Part shown: positions 45,819-54,251 of the stretch, piece by piece
Layout of the letters: each line of letters opens with the position of its first letter
Position numbering within the stretch: position 1 is the first letter of the stretch
NCBI GenBank assembly: GCA_016839995.1
Contig: JAEOTD010000055.1
Location: 1 to 60,350 of the forward strand
From: Candidatus Hermodarchaeota archaeon
Lineage (GTDB): Archaea; Asgardarchaeota; Hermodarchaeia; Hermodarchaeales; Hermodarchaeaceae
DNA length: 60,350 nt
Direction of reading: 5' to 3'
Position numbers and translations under genes: made by a program
Notes under the pieces: model-generated
Database searches by the model: none
What the model saw: the letters and a program-made list of their open reading frames with translations, nothing else
What the model was told of the DNA's origin: nothing

Positions 45819-46876
45819 CTATTTGGTTTTAGTGGAAGCTTTCCGTCGCCAAGCAGCTGGATAAGTTCCCGCGGGTAGAACAACGCGTCGCGTATCGGCA
45901 ACAATGCCCGATTGGGCTTCAAGAATTTGCTTACTGTTCTTCTGGGCAACTGCGAGGGCAACAAGTTCGCCCTTGAGCGTTTTGAGACCAATGAAATCAC
46001 CAGGCTCAATGTCATCATGCAGTTGTAAGACACCTGTTACTGCAAGGTTAGCACCATGACAGATTGCGCCAACTGCTGTGTCCCGAATTATAATTTGTGG
46101 GAGATGTTGAATCCCATCCTCAAGAGGATGGAGGTACTGACGAAGCAGACGTTCTTCCTTTTCTTCGTGCCAAAATTGATAGGCGTCTTTGACATCATAA
46201 AGTGAGGCGAGGGTCGAATCTTCTTTGAAGGGTCCAGTACGGGTGCGACGTAATTCGGCCATGTGGGCTCCACCCCCAAGAACCTCACCCAGATCATACA
46301 CGAGTTTCCGAATATAGGTGCCAGCTTGACATCCTACTCGAAATAGCACATTCTTTTCATCAATTTCGAGTATTTCGAGGTAGTAGATTTTTCGAGTGCG
46401 TACACGGCGTTTAACAGATGAACGCACAGGAGGACGTTGGTAAATCGTTCCAACAAATTCAGCAGCCGCTTCGCGGATTTTTTTAGATTTCTCTTTCTGG
46501 TGAAGGCGCATTATACAGATGTACTCTTTCCCAGAGGTGAGTAGTGCATTGGCGATTTTAGTGGCATTCCCCAGCATAACTGGGAGTACACCTGTCACCT
46601 GGGGATCCAGCGTTCCTGAATGACCTGCCCGATTCACACTTAGAATACGTTTTACCCAAGACACTACTTCATGGCTGGTCGGCCCAGGAGGCTTTTCCGG
46701 GCTTGGAAAGGGCAGCAAACCCCTTAGACCAAACTATCCAGATTAATGATACCATCCTGAAACAATTCCGGGATGGTTCGTTCCTGAGGGACACGACCAA
46801 ATGCAGGATTCGTGGTGTCTTCAGCACGCGTAATCCATTTCCGTTTCTTATCCGCAGGTAGCTGCGACTTCGTCAG
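45819..46876 (-). CDS. cbf5: H/ACA RNP pseudouridine synthase Cbf5 (TruB family), two exons: 46876..46736 and 46694..45819
   Basis: Exon 1 encodes (CTG)TKSQLPADKKRKWITRAEDTTNPAFGRVPQERTIPELFQDGIINLD. Exon 2 encodes KPPGPTSHEVVSWVKRIL...GHSGTLDPQVTGVLPV...PUA domain. The joined product is ~338 aa, a normal Cbf5 length. The ORF track shows only a truncated 299-aa piece. Confidence 0.85.
46695..46735 (-). other. 41-nt bulge-helix-bulge intron within the cbf5 coding sequence
   Basis: Central helix CUGG (46741-46738)/CCGG (46700-46697). Bulges AUA (46737-46735) and AAA (46696-46694). Inner helix GUUUGG/CCAAGC. Contains the in-frame TAA at 46726-46724. Confidence 0.75.
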
Positions 46877-46885
46877 ATTAACGGT

Positions 46886-46890
46886 CCTCC
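46886..46890 (-). promoter_or_regulatory. Shine-Dalgarno (GGAGG) upstream of cbf5 exon 1
   Basis: Minus strand reads GAGGAGG-ACCGTTAAT-CTG. Confidence 0.45.
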
Positions 46891-46915
46891 TCAGCTCCCT
46901 TAAGGGGAGTATATG

Positions 46916-47191
46916 TTACTCTAATGAGCCCTCTTTCATAAAGGGGGTGAGCTTTCCACTCTTGATTGCTTTCACAATGTCAGAATCTTCGGCTCCTGCC
47001 TTAATATCGACCTTCTTCGTTGTAGGATTCAAATGATCAACATTGGAACGGCGACGCCGGATGCCAGTGACTTCTTGGGGTCCGGTTACGAGGACGAAGT
47101 TCTTATCCACGCGTTCAACAACAACACATTTTTTTCCAGCCTCTCGGCCGTGCGTTTTCACGCAAATTCTTCCTATTTCAACTAAGCTCAT
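46916..47191 (-). CDS. rpl14e: 50S ribosomal protein L14e (eL14)
   Basis: 91 aa. KOW-like IGRICVKTHGREAGKKCVVV. Confidence 0.9.
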   Translation of the reverse strand: MSLVEIGRICVKTHGREAGKKCVVVERVDKNFVLVTGPQEVTGIRRRRSNVDHLNPTTKKVDIKAGAEDSDIVKAIKSGKLTPFMKEGSLE

Positions 47192-47244
47192 GGAGATACA
47201 ACCTCCACCGGTTGACAGTCAGCTGGTGTGTTGCCACTACAGCT

Positions 47245-47799
47245 TCATTCTGGTGTCGCCCCGGAGGACGCAAGGTACGCCTTCACCACTGCTGTACATA
47301 TACTTATCGTAGCAACTGCGTTGAAGTTGTCAGTGTTCAAAACCAGGTCAAAAAGTCGCGTGTCAGTCACATCAATCCCATAGAATTCACGGAATCGAGA
47401 GGACTCACTTTCTTCGCGGATTTGGGTTTCTTCTAAAATTTCCTCATAATTGCGTGATTCCCGATTGGCGATTCGAAGCGCCCGAACTTCCAGAGGGGCA
47501 TGCAAATACAACGCAAGATCCGCTTGTCGTCGAGCTACCCATCCGGCGATGTAGGCATCAATGACCACATTTCCAAGTTCGGCTTCACGCTGTGTTCGAT
47601 TATCGATTTCTTGATCGATTTTGGGATTCTCCTCAGCGATTTTGCTAAACTCCGCTAGCGTAACCCCTCGTTCCTCAGCGAGTTGACGAAAAATCATCCC
47701 CGCAGAGAGATAGCGGAGGTCGAACGCCTCAGCGAGCGCGGTAGCAACTGTTGTAGTACCGGCTCCGTGTAATCCACTGACCGCAATTGTCAAGTCCAT
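47245..47799 (-). CDS. cmk: cytidylate kinase (archaeal type)
   Basis: MDLTIAVSGLHGAGTTTVATALAE...YLSAGMIFR. The exact start (ATG 47799 or GTG 47811) is uncertain. Confidence 0.85.
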   Translation of the reverse strand: MDLTIAVSGLHGAGTTTVATALAEAFDLRYLSAGMIFRQLAEERGVTLAEFSKIAEENPKIDQEIDNRTQREAELGNVVIDAYIAGWVARRQADLALYLHAPLEVRALRIANRESRNYEEILEETQIREESESSRFREFYGIDVTDTRLFDLVLNTDNFNAVATISICTAVVKAYLASSGATPE

Positions 47800-47818
47800 G
47801 GCATCACACACAGTTGTG

Positions 47819-48469
47819 TTAGTAGCCGGTGGTCATTGAGGTGCCTAAGAATTTCTGGATAACCATGTTCATCGTGAAGCTACAAATGATGTACCAGTAG
47901 ATGTACAGTAACCCCATGCCCCCGAATGGAACTCCTGGAGAGTAGAGTCCGGTATCAACCCATTGCCCAGTCTGCCAGCCAAATCCGTTACCAAAAGGAC
48001 CTAATACCGATGCAAAGTTTAGGGGTGACCAGATCACCGGTGATGGAACAGCAAACCCCGGAAATGCAACCCCTGGATCAACAAAGACGCCGTTCATAGT
48101 GGTATAAATCAAGATGAAAGGAACAATTGTGATTAGCATCGGGACAAACGACTGTTTACTCACATCACCTTGGAGTTTCATGATGTACCGTTCACGTCGT
48201 TTGATCTTCAGTTCAAGTTTCCGTCGTGCCTTGGGATCTGTTTCTTGCTTGACTTTCTTCTTCATTTCGTTATACTTGTTGATTTCTTCTCGAGAGCGTT
48301 TCAATCGGTCATAGTCAATGAAACGCCGGTTCACCAAGTTTGATGTCAACGAGATTACTACACTGATTAATAACACGACGAGTGCAGACAGAGGGGGAAA
48401 GGCCCATAGACCTAAAGCGCCTCGAATGGCGACGGCGATATCAATTAGAATATTTTGCAAGGTTATCAC
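47819..48469 (-). CDS. DUF106/EMC3-TMCO1-like membrane protein (archaeal YidC/Oxa1-like insertase candidate)
   Basis: 216 aa. TM1, then a basic coiled coil (KKKVKQETDPKARRKLELKIKRRERYIMKLQ), then further TMs. Conserved secY-adk-DUF106-cmk synteny. Confidence 0.65.
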   Translation of the reverse strand: MITLQNILIDIAVAIRGALGLWAFPPLSALVVLLISVVISLTSNLVNRRFIDYDRLKRSREEINKYNEMKKKVKQETDPKARRKLELKIKRRERYIMKLQGDVSKQSFVPMLITIVPFILIYTTMNGVFVDPGVAFPGFAVPSPVIWSPLNFASVLGPFGNGFGWQTGQWVDTGLYSPGVPFGGMGLLYIYWYIICSFTMNMVIQKFLGTSMTTGY

Positions 48470-49053
48470 ACTTTCAAGAGTAACTCGGCAAAGGCAGTTG
48501 CTGCTTCCTCTGCTTTACCCTCTATGTTCTTAAGAATCATTACGGTTGCACCTGTTAACGTCCCCACAGCTACTGCAGCAGAGCGACATAACAGCTGATG
48601 CGCGGCAATATTCTCAACCATCTGTTCATCACGAGTTCGCGTGGAATCCTTTGCCCGGCGAGATGCAATATTCTCAGGATCTGCCTCAACTAGCACAATT
48701 GAAGCAGGACGAATCGCCTCAGCCACCCATTTGGGAAGCCCAATAAGGAATCCGCCATCTGCCGTTTGAATCAATGTATGAGTATCCACAATAACAATTT
48801 GTGTCTTACTCATCGCAGCGATGCGCTCACCTGCTAGCTTCTGGACTTCTCGTTGTTTCTTAACTGGGAGTTGCCTCAGTTCATCACGATTTTCCACGAG
48901 TCGTTTCTTTTGAGCAATCTCAAACATCACTGAACCATAGGTAATCAGTGACACATTGCGACGATCTTCCACCATACGAATGGCATCGGTCACCACAGTG
49001 GTCTTTCCGACACCGGGGACACCACTGACCACAACAACCTTACGCACTTGCAT
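48466..49053 (-). CDS. adkA: adenylate kinase (archaeal AdkA type)
   Basis: 195 aa. P-loop VVSGVPGVGKTTV. Position after secY. Confidence 0.85.
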   Translation of the reverse strand: MQVRKVVVVSGVPGVGKTTVVTDAIRMVEDRRNVSLITYGSVMFEIAQKKRLVENRDELRQLPVKKQREVQKLAGERIAAMSKTQIVIVDTHTLIQTADGGFLIGLPKWVAEAIRPASIVLVEADPENIASRRAKDSTRTRDEQMVENIAAHQLLCRSAAVAVGTLTGATVMILKNIEGKAEEAATAFAELLLKV

Positions 49054-49162
49054 TCAACTGGCCTCCGCCTGAACGAGGCAAACTCAATGTCACAACCTTA
49101 AGAGCTTTTCGAGCCCACAATAGCCGGATTACTATCTATAGACGAGACCTAATCTCCACAGG

Positions 49163-50692
49163 CTAGCCAACACCCAAGAGGCCACGCATCATTGGATGCA
49201 TCTCACCTAGCTGTTCTTTCGCTAAGATCTCGAAGTATTGCCGCATTATGCCTACGGCTAGGAGGATACCAATACCGGTTGTGAGGGCGCCGAGGAAGTC
49301 AGCGAATGCAGCGAGAGCACCGACGATGATTCCGCCAAGGACAGCTACAGTGGGAATGTAGCGGTTGAGGATTTTCTCGATGACTTGGGGTGATCGGCGG
49401 AAGCCGGGGACTTGCATGCCAGCGCCAATGAGTTGTCGAGAGACGTCTCGTGGGGAGATACCGGAGACATCAATCCAGAGTCGGGCAAAGCCGGCACAGA
49501 AAATCATGAGCAGCCCTGCATAGCCGATGGCTTTGAGCCATCCGAAGGGTTCGAAGAGAGAGAGGATGCCGATGGGAGGTGTGAGGAACCAGACGAAGCA
49601 GAGCGGTTCCGGGACCAAATAATTGCCACCCCCTGGTGGAGCGGAATAGTTAGCTATTAGTTGGAACCAGAAGGAGCCTTGAAGAGCGGGGAGTTGGACC
49701 CAGAGAATTTGGGTAATGAAGAGAATGTTAGCATAAAGGGCTTGAGTAAAGATGACTGGAATGTTAGAGACATAGAGCAGTTTGATTGGGTATTGCCCTC
49801 GGAAACCTCGGTAGCGGGCGTATTGGAGAGGAATGTTGACGCGGTAAGATTCCATGAAAATGACAAGAACCAAGGTGGTGAACGTGGTAAACATACCGAG
49901 CATGCTAGCTCTGGGGTTCTGAGGTCTAAACCATATGGTTACTGGGTCGGCTATGAACCCCGTTCCTCCGATTGGATCATAAATGACAGCAGGGCTCCAG
50001 TTGTTGGCCGACCACCCGCCCATGTTCTGTAGCCAGTAGGGGACAATGCCTTGATATGAGAAGAGACCTGGGATATCAGCATTTTGGGCTTGAGAGATGG
50101 AGAACATGCCCCAGAGAATCTGGGTGCAGACATTGGCCATGATGAAGAGACTGACTCCACTGCCCAGTCCCCAGCCTTTTTGGATTGTCTCGTCCATCAT
50201 AATCACGATAACGCCTGCGAACATTAACTGGAGAAAGACTAAGATTGCGCCTGCGTAGGGGAGTTGAGAAGGGACCTGTCCGTAGGCACCTGCGAAGATA
50301 TAGGCAAAGGCTTGGAATGCTGTCATCAGGATGGCGAGGACTTTCTGAGCTCCCGTGTAGAGTGATCGTTGATAGGGATCTGACATGTCAACACGAATAA
50401 GCTGAGAGCCCACAAGGAGCTGCATGATGAGCCCAGCGGTTACAATTGGGCCAATTCCGAGTTCCATGAGGGTGCCCCGTGAGGAGGCGAGAATGGTGCG
50501 AAGCCAGAAAAAGTAGTCAAAGCCAAGTTGTTGGTCGATTCCGTAAATGGGCAGACTGGCCATGATGAGGTACACGACAAGAATTACAGCGGTCCAGATG
50601 ACTTTTTCTCGGAATGAGACCTTCCGGTCAGGTGCCTTGACCTCTGGCATGATGCGAATTAGTGGACGCAGTGCGCTGAGAAACCGACTCAT
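49163..50692 (-). CDS. secY: preprotein translocase subunit SecY
   Basis: 509 aa with 10 TM. GIGPIVTAGLIMQLL plug/TM2 region. Somewhat longer than typical archaeal SecY. Confidence 0.95.
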   Translation of the reverse strand: MSRFLSALRPLIRIMPEVKAPDRKVSFREKVIWTAVILVVYLIMASLPIYGIDQQLGFDYFFWLRTILASSRGTLMELGIGPIVTAGLIMQLLVGSQLIRVDMSDPYQRSLYTGAQKVLAILMTAFQAFAYIFAGAYGQVPSQLPYAGAILVFLQLMFAGVIVIMMDETIQKGWGLGSGVSLFIMANVCTQILWGMFSISQAQNADIPGLFSYQGIVPYWLQNMGGWSANNWSPAVIYDPIGGTGFIADPVTIWFRPQNPRASMLGMFTTFTTLVLVIFMESYRVNIPLQYARYRGFRGQYPIKLLYVSNIPVIFTQALYANILFITQILWVQLPALQGSFWFQLIANYSAPPGGGNYLVPEPLCFVWFLTPPIGILSLFEPFGWLKAIGYAGLLMIFCAGFARLWIDVSGISPRDVSRQLIGAGMQVPGFRRSPQVIEKILNRYIPTVAVLGGIIVGALAAFADFLGALTTGIGILLAVGIMRQYFEILAKEQLGEMHPMMRGLLGVG

Positions 50693-50763
50693 GCCGTTAG
50701 CCCCATAAAATTTTCCGAGTTAATCCGTTCTGGAATTGAACTGCCGAGGTTCTTGCAGTTTAA

Positions 50764-51435
50764 TTATGTTTTGGTTCTGGTCTTTGCCTTGCCTTTTGTA
50801 GCTGTCGCTCGTTTCGGTTTTGCCTTCGTGGTACTCGTCTTTTTCGGCTTTGCAGCGGTCTTGGGTTTAGTTTTCCTTGTTGTTTTGGGTTTAGCCTTAG
50901 GTTTAGCCTTAGGTTTAGCCTTAGGTTTAGCCTTAGGTTTAGCCTTAGGTTTTGGTGGTTCTGTCAAGGAGGGAGCGGGGTGTGCAGTTGGCTCTTGAAC
51001 GTTTCCTTTTATTTTCCCTCCGGCGGCCTTGATTTTCTCGGCAGCACGATGAGTAAAAAGAGGCGCAGTAATGGTTAGAGGAATTGAGATGCGTCCTGCA
51101 CCCAGCACCTTATCGTACCCTTGAGTAGTCAAATTAATCGTAATTGGAGCGTCTTTTGCGGGTTTTTTACCTTCCATGAACAGGGAGAGGTTTCGGGCAA
51201 TTTCACCCACGTTGATTGTTGTGTGATCCTGTCGGAGCTTGGGGTGACGGTGGAAACCATGTTTACCAAACCGATCGGGATCATGGGCGGTGACATAGGT
51301 CCAGTCGTGTTTCTTGCCACCGGTTTTCCCTTTTCCACCTCGTTGGCCACCTTTGCGGTGTTGCCCGATGCGTCCATAGCCATGTTGGCGATAGCCGCGA
51401 CGTTTCCGGACTTTTTTGGGTTTTCGTATGCTCAT
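50764..51435 (-). CDS. rpl15: 50S ribosomal protein L15 (uL15) with ~70-aa (KPKA)n C-terminal tail
   Basis: MSIRKPKKVRKRRGYRQHGYG...GGQRGGKG. The tail is EPPKPKAKPKAKPKAKPKAKPKAKPKTTRKTKPK.... Confidence 0.93.
   Translation of the reverse strand: MSIRKPKKVRKRRGYRQHGYGRIGQHRKGGQRGGKGKTGGKKHDWTYVTAHDPDRFGKHGFHRHPKLRQDHTTINVGEIARNLSLFMEGKKPAKDAPITINLTTQGYDKVLGAGRISIPLTITAPLFTHRAAEKIKAAGGKIKGNVQEPTAHPAPSLTEPPKPKAKPKAKPKAKPKAKPKAKPKTTRKTKPKTAAKPKKTSTTKAKPKRATATKGKAKTRTKT
50888..50952. repeat. perfect 12-nt tandem repeat (5.4 copies) encoding (KPKA)n
   Basis: ggtttagcctta is repeated head-to-tail five times with no substitutions, then followed by ggttt. Confidence 0.95.
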
Positions 51436-51449
51436 GTTGATTTTCTCCA

Positions 51450-51989
51450 TTAACGTTTCTGAAGTTGGATTTCTAAGATGCCATTGTTGTAACTGGTTTT
51501 GACTGAGTCGATGTCAACAGGGGCAGGCAGGTCGATATCTTTGGCATATTTTCTGTTTGTGGATTCGACCTGAATTGTAACACTATAATCTGTGACTTTG
51601 ACGTTGATTTCGTCCTTTTTTACACCTGGTAGTTCTGCAATGATTATAACCGCATCATCTTGTTCCATGACATCGATGAGGGGTTCTCGCTCATCTCGGA
51701 CCACAGGTGGTGATCCGTCAGGGCTGAGATTGCCAAAGGGGTTCAGTCGCATCTTACCATCTGGTCCGATGCCTGCAGAGAAGCCCCAGACCATGGGATT
51801 CTTTTGTAATTGCTTAAAAATTTCTTCTAGCTGATGTTGGGCATCGGGTCCAAACATATCTTCGGGTGTGACATCGGAAAACATTTTCATGATTTCTTCA
51901 AACATGCGTTGGAGCGCTTCGAATTGCGCATCGGTGGATTCATCGTCCCACCAGCGTTTACGTTTCCGGCGATCGTCTTCGTCTGCCAT
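51450..51989 (-). CDS. hsp20: small heat shock protein (Hsp20/alpha-crystallin family)
   Basis: Alpha-crystallin domain IDVMEQDDAVIIIAELPGVKKDEINVKVTDYSVTIQVES...DLPAPVDIDSVKTSYNNGILEIQLQK. ATG 51989 lies 6 nt after AGGAAGGA. Confidence 0.85.
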   Translation of the reverse strand: MADEDDRRKRKRWWDDESTDAQFEALQRMFEEIMKMFSDVTPEDMFGPDAQHQLEEIFKQLQKNPMVWGFSAGIGPDGKMRLNPFGNLSPDGSPPVVRDEREPLIDVMEQDDAVIIIAELPGVKKDEINVKVTDYSVTIQVESTNRKYAKDIDLPAPVDIDSVKTSYNNGILEIQLQKR

Positions 51990-52021
51990 GGTTATTCCTT
52001 CCTGTTTTCGTATCATTCCTC

Positions 52022-52516
52022 TTATGACATTCGTTTGAGGAGGGCATTAATGTCCTCGCCCCGATATCCTAGTTCACCTTTCTGTTGGATGGTGCGCTTA
52101 AGACTTCCACGAAATCCTTTCGAAGGAGGATGAAGGCGAAAGACTTTCTTAAGCTTTGGAAGGGAAATGCCGGGTTCCTTTAAGGCAACAAGCGCTTTGG
52201 CATACTCTTCGATAGTTTTGTATTTTGAGTGCTTGGACACATACTCATCTGTGAGTGGTTTATTTCCAATTAGGCGCCCGCGTTTTCGTAGAAGTCGTGA
52301 TAATGTGGGGGCATCAATTTCACCCCAGGTAATGGCATCTTTGGCCTTCTGGAACATTCCTAGAAACGTTGGGCGTTTATCTAACACCACTGCATGGTTT
52401 ACCCGAGATAGACTCAGCAGGGATAAGGTTTCTTCTGCTTCTTGACGTAAACCAATACCGCTGCGTACGCGGATAACAACAACCAATGGATGGGTGTCAG
52501 GGGTTTCTTTTGACAT
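52022..52516 (-). CDS. rpl30: 50S ribosomal protein L30 (uL30)
   Basis: 164 aa. LVVVIRVRSGIGLRQEAEETLSLLSL. Confidence 0.93.
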   Translation of the reverse strand: MSKETPDTHPLVVVIRVRSGIGLRQEAEETLSLLSLSRVNHAVVLDKRPTFLGMFQKAKDAITWGEIDAPTLSRLLRKRGRLIGNKPLTDEYVSKHSKYKTIEEYAKALVALKEPGISLPKLKKVFRLHPPSKGFRGSLKRTIQQKGELGYRGEDINALLKRMS

Positions 52517-52517
52517 C

Positions 52518-53180
52518 TTATTTGTCTCTCCGTGTCCAATCTTGGGGGGTCATTATCTGATTGGTTCTTTTCAAAGCGTGAAAGACGGACTGGGCAAAGT
52601 TGAGGGTGGTTCGTGTGTGACCGCGGGTTCGGGACCAGACATCGTGAATGCCGGCTAGCCGTAAGACAACTTTGATGGTGTCAGCTGTCACTAATCCAAC
52701 GCCCTTGGGGGCAGGTAGCAACTTAACACGAACACTGCCTGTCTTTCCATCGACCTGAAAGGGAACTGAGTGGGGGTCATGGCATCCGCATTCCCAACTT
52801 CCACATCCACGACGCACTGAAATTAGGTTTAGTTTCGCTCGAAGGATGGCTTTACGGATTGCAGGACCGATTTCAGGTGCTTTGCTTTCACCGATGCCAA
52901 CAAAGCCATTTTCGTTTCCTACAATGACAGTAGCTTTGAACCGTGATTTTTCACCGGCGTCAGTTTGTTTTTGCACCAAGTTGATGTCAATGACTTCTTC
53001 TTGAAGATCAGGGAGTAGTACATCAATGATTTCAGGCTCTTTGATGGGCAAGGCAAGGTGGAACAAATCCTCTAAAGAGGTAATCTCTCCAGCCTTTACC
53101 TGGCGTCCGACCTTGGTGACTGGTTCCCATTCGTCGATATTGAATTGACGTGGGCGTTGTTGACGAGGTCTGCGACTCAT
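52518..53180 (-). CDS. rps5: 30S ribosomal protein S5 (uS5)
   Basis: 220 aa. FKATVIVGNENGFVGIGESKA...GVGLVTADTIKVVLRLAGI. Confidence 0.95.
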   Translation of the reverse strand: MSRRPRQQRPRQFNIDEWEPVTKVGRQVKAGEITSLEDLFHLALPIKEPEIIDVLLPDLQEEVIDINLVQKQTDAGEKSRFKATVIVGNENGFVGIGESKAPEIGPAIRKAILRAKLNLISVRRGCGSWECGCHDPHSVPFQVDGKTGSVRVKLLPAPKGVGLVTADTIKVVLRLAGIHDVWSRTRGHTRTTLNFAQSVFHALKRTNQIMTPQDWTRRDK

Positions 53181-53785
53181 TGTGTTTTCCTCCCGCTAGT
53201 GAATTTTGTTGAGATTTTTTTCTTCGTGGAATCATACATGCTGGGAACCTGCGTGAGATCAACCCGATCCTTCGACACTTTGCCAAATTGGCGTTGGAAG
53301 GCAGAGGGTTGGTTATCGCTCAAGTCTTTGGCATATCCAGCTATGTGTTCGCCTTTGAGGCGCTTTTCTTTTGGAAACATTTTGTCAGAACAGGGGACAG
53401 AAAGTCCGGCATCGATGGCACCTTTAACTGCTGAAAAAACCCTTGATCCGGGAATGGGTTGGATTAATCCGATGTCAACGATAGCTGCATTCGTACCAGA
53501 TTTCAGAGCGCGATGTCCGGCTAGAAAACCGGTTAGATATGCGGCGGGAAGGTTTTTCACTCCTGCACGCCAGCCAAATTGGCTAAGTTGTCGTGAATCT
53601 GCGACAGCGATGCAGCGATCACCTTCCGGTAGCGCTTCCATAATCTGGACAATGATTCGTGTGCTTGTCTTCCGAACAACTAACCGTGGTCGCCCTGATC
53701 CTACCATGCGGCGTCTGGCATGGTAGTCAGTCTTGCTTTCACGGCGTCGACGGAAGGGAACTTTGTAACGTGGTCCATGTGCCAT
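53177..53785 (-). CDS. rpl18: 50S ribosomal protein L18 (uL18)
   Basis: 202 aa. GPRYKVPFRRRRESKTDY...PRLVVRKT. Confidence 0.95.
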   Translation of the reverse strand: MAHGPRYKVPFRRRRESKTDYHARRRMVGSGRPRLVVRKTSTRIIVQIMEALPEGDRCIAVADSRQLSQFGWRAGVKNLPAAYLTGFLAGHRALKSGTNAAIVDIGLIQPIPGSRVFSAVKGAIDAGLSVPCSDKMFPKEKRLKGEHIAGYAKDLSDNQPSAFQRQFGKVSKDRVDLTQVPSMYDSTKKKISTKFTSGRKTQ

Positions 53786-53786
53786 T

Positions 53787-54251
53787 TTACTTTCGCCTCT
53801 TCATTTTGTGTTCTTGGATGTACATGTCGACTCGTCGAATAGAGGAGAACATTCCGCCCTTTGAGAGTCGATATAATCGTCGATAATCACGGGGTTTGAT
53901 GATGCGCCGGGCACGGAGCTTCTTAAGGTGCCGGCGGATTGCGCGAATTTTTATCATCCACCGTTGTTTTCCAGAAAGTCGAGAGGTGCGTTTTCCCTTT
54001 CGACTCCCAGGTCCTGAGCGAAGCCCGCGTTTCTTTTTCTCATGTACCGCTTTGGCTCGACCGCGGCTGATACCTTTAATGGGAGCCTTCTGGATGGCAC
54101 CTTCATGGATTAACCGGCGGATGTCATCTCGGCGAATAGCTAACGCTACATCATCTAACCGGTCTGGGTCAATCCAGATTCGGTTTACGCCGACATTAAG
54201 GAGTCGAGCCGCCAATTTTCGTTGAGTACTTACATCCATAGTTTTGCTCAC
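53787..54251 (-). CDS. rpl19e: 50S ribosomal protein L19e (eL19)
   Basis: 154 aa. QRKLAARLLNVGVNRIWIDP. Confidence 0.95.
   Translation of the reverse strand: MSKTMDVSTQRKLAARLLNVGVNRIWIDPDRLDDVALAIRRDDIRRLIHEGAIQKAPIKGISRGRAKAVHEKKKRGLRSGPGSRKGKRTSRLSGKQRWMIKIRAIRRHLKKLRARRIIKPRDYRRLYRLSKGGMFSSIRRVDMYIQEHKMKRRK

Noticed and set aside
45743-46033. 96-aa minus-strand ORF overlapping the tRNA-Ser 3' half and the cbf5 3' end
   Set aside because: It is out of frame with cbf5 and runs antisense through a tRNA gene. No supporting features.
46694-46740. cbf5 as a frameshifted pseudogene
   Set aside because: The interruption is a discrete 41-nt insert, not a 1-2 nt indel. It folds into a BHB, and its predicted excision restores the exact conserved junction. 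Both halves are otherwise intact and conserved.
50888-50952. Tandem 12-nt repeat as a possible CRISPR or minisatellite locus
   Set aside because: The units are contiguous with no spacers and are in frame inside rpl15. It is a coding (KPKA)n microsatellite, not a CRISPR array.
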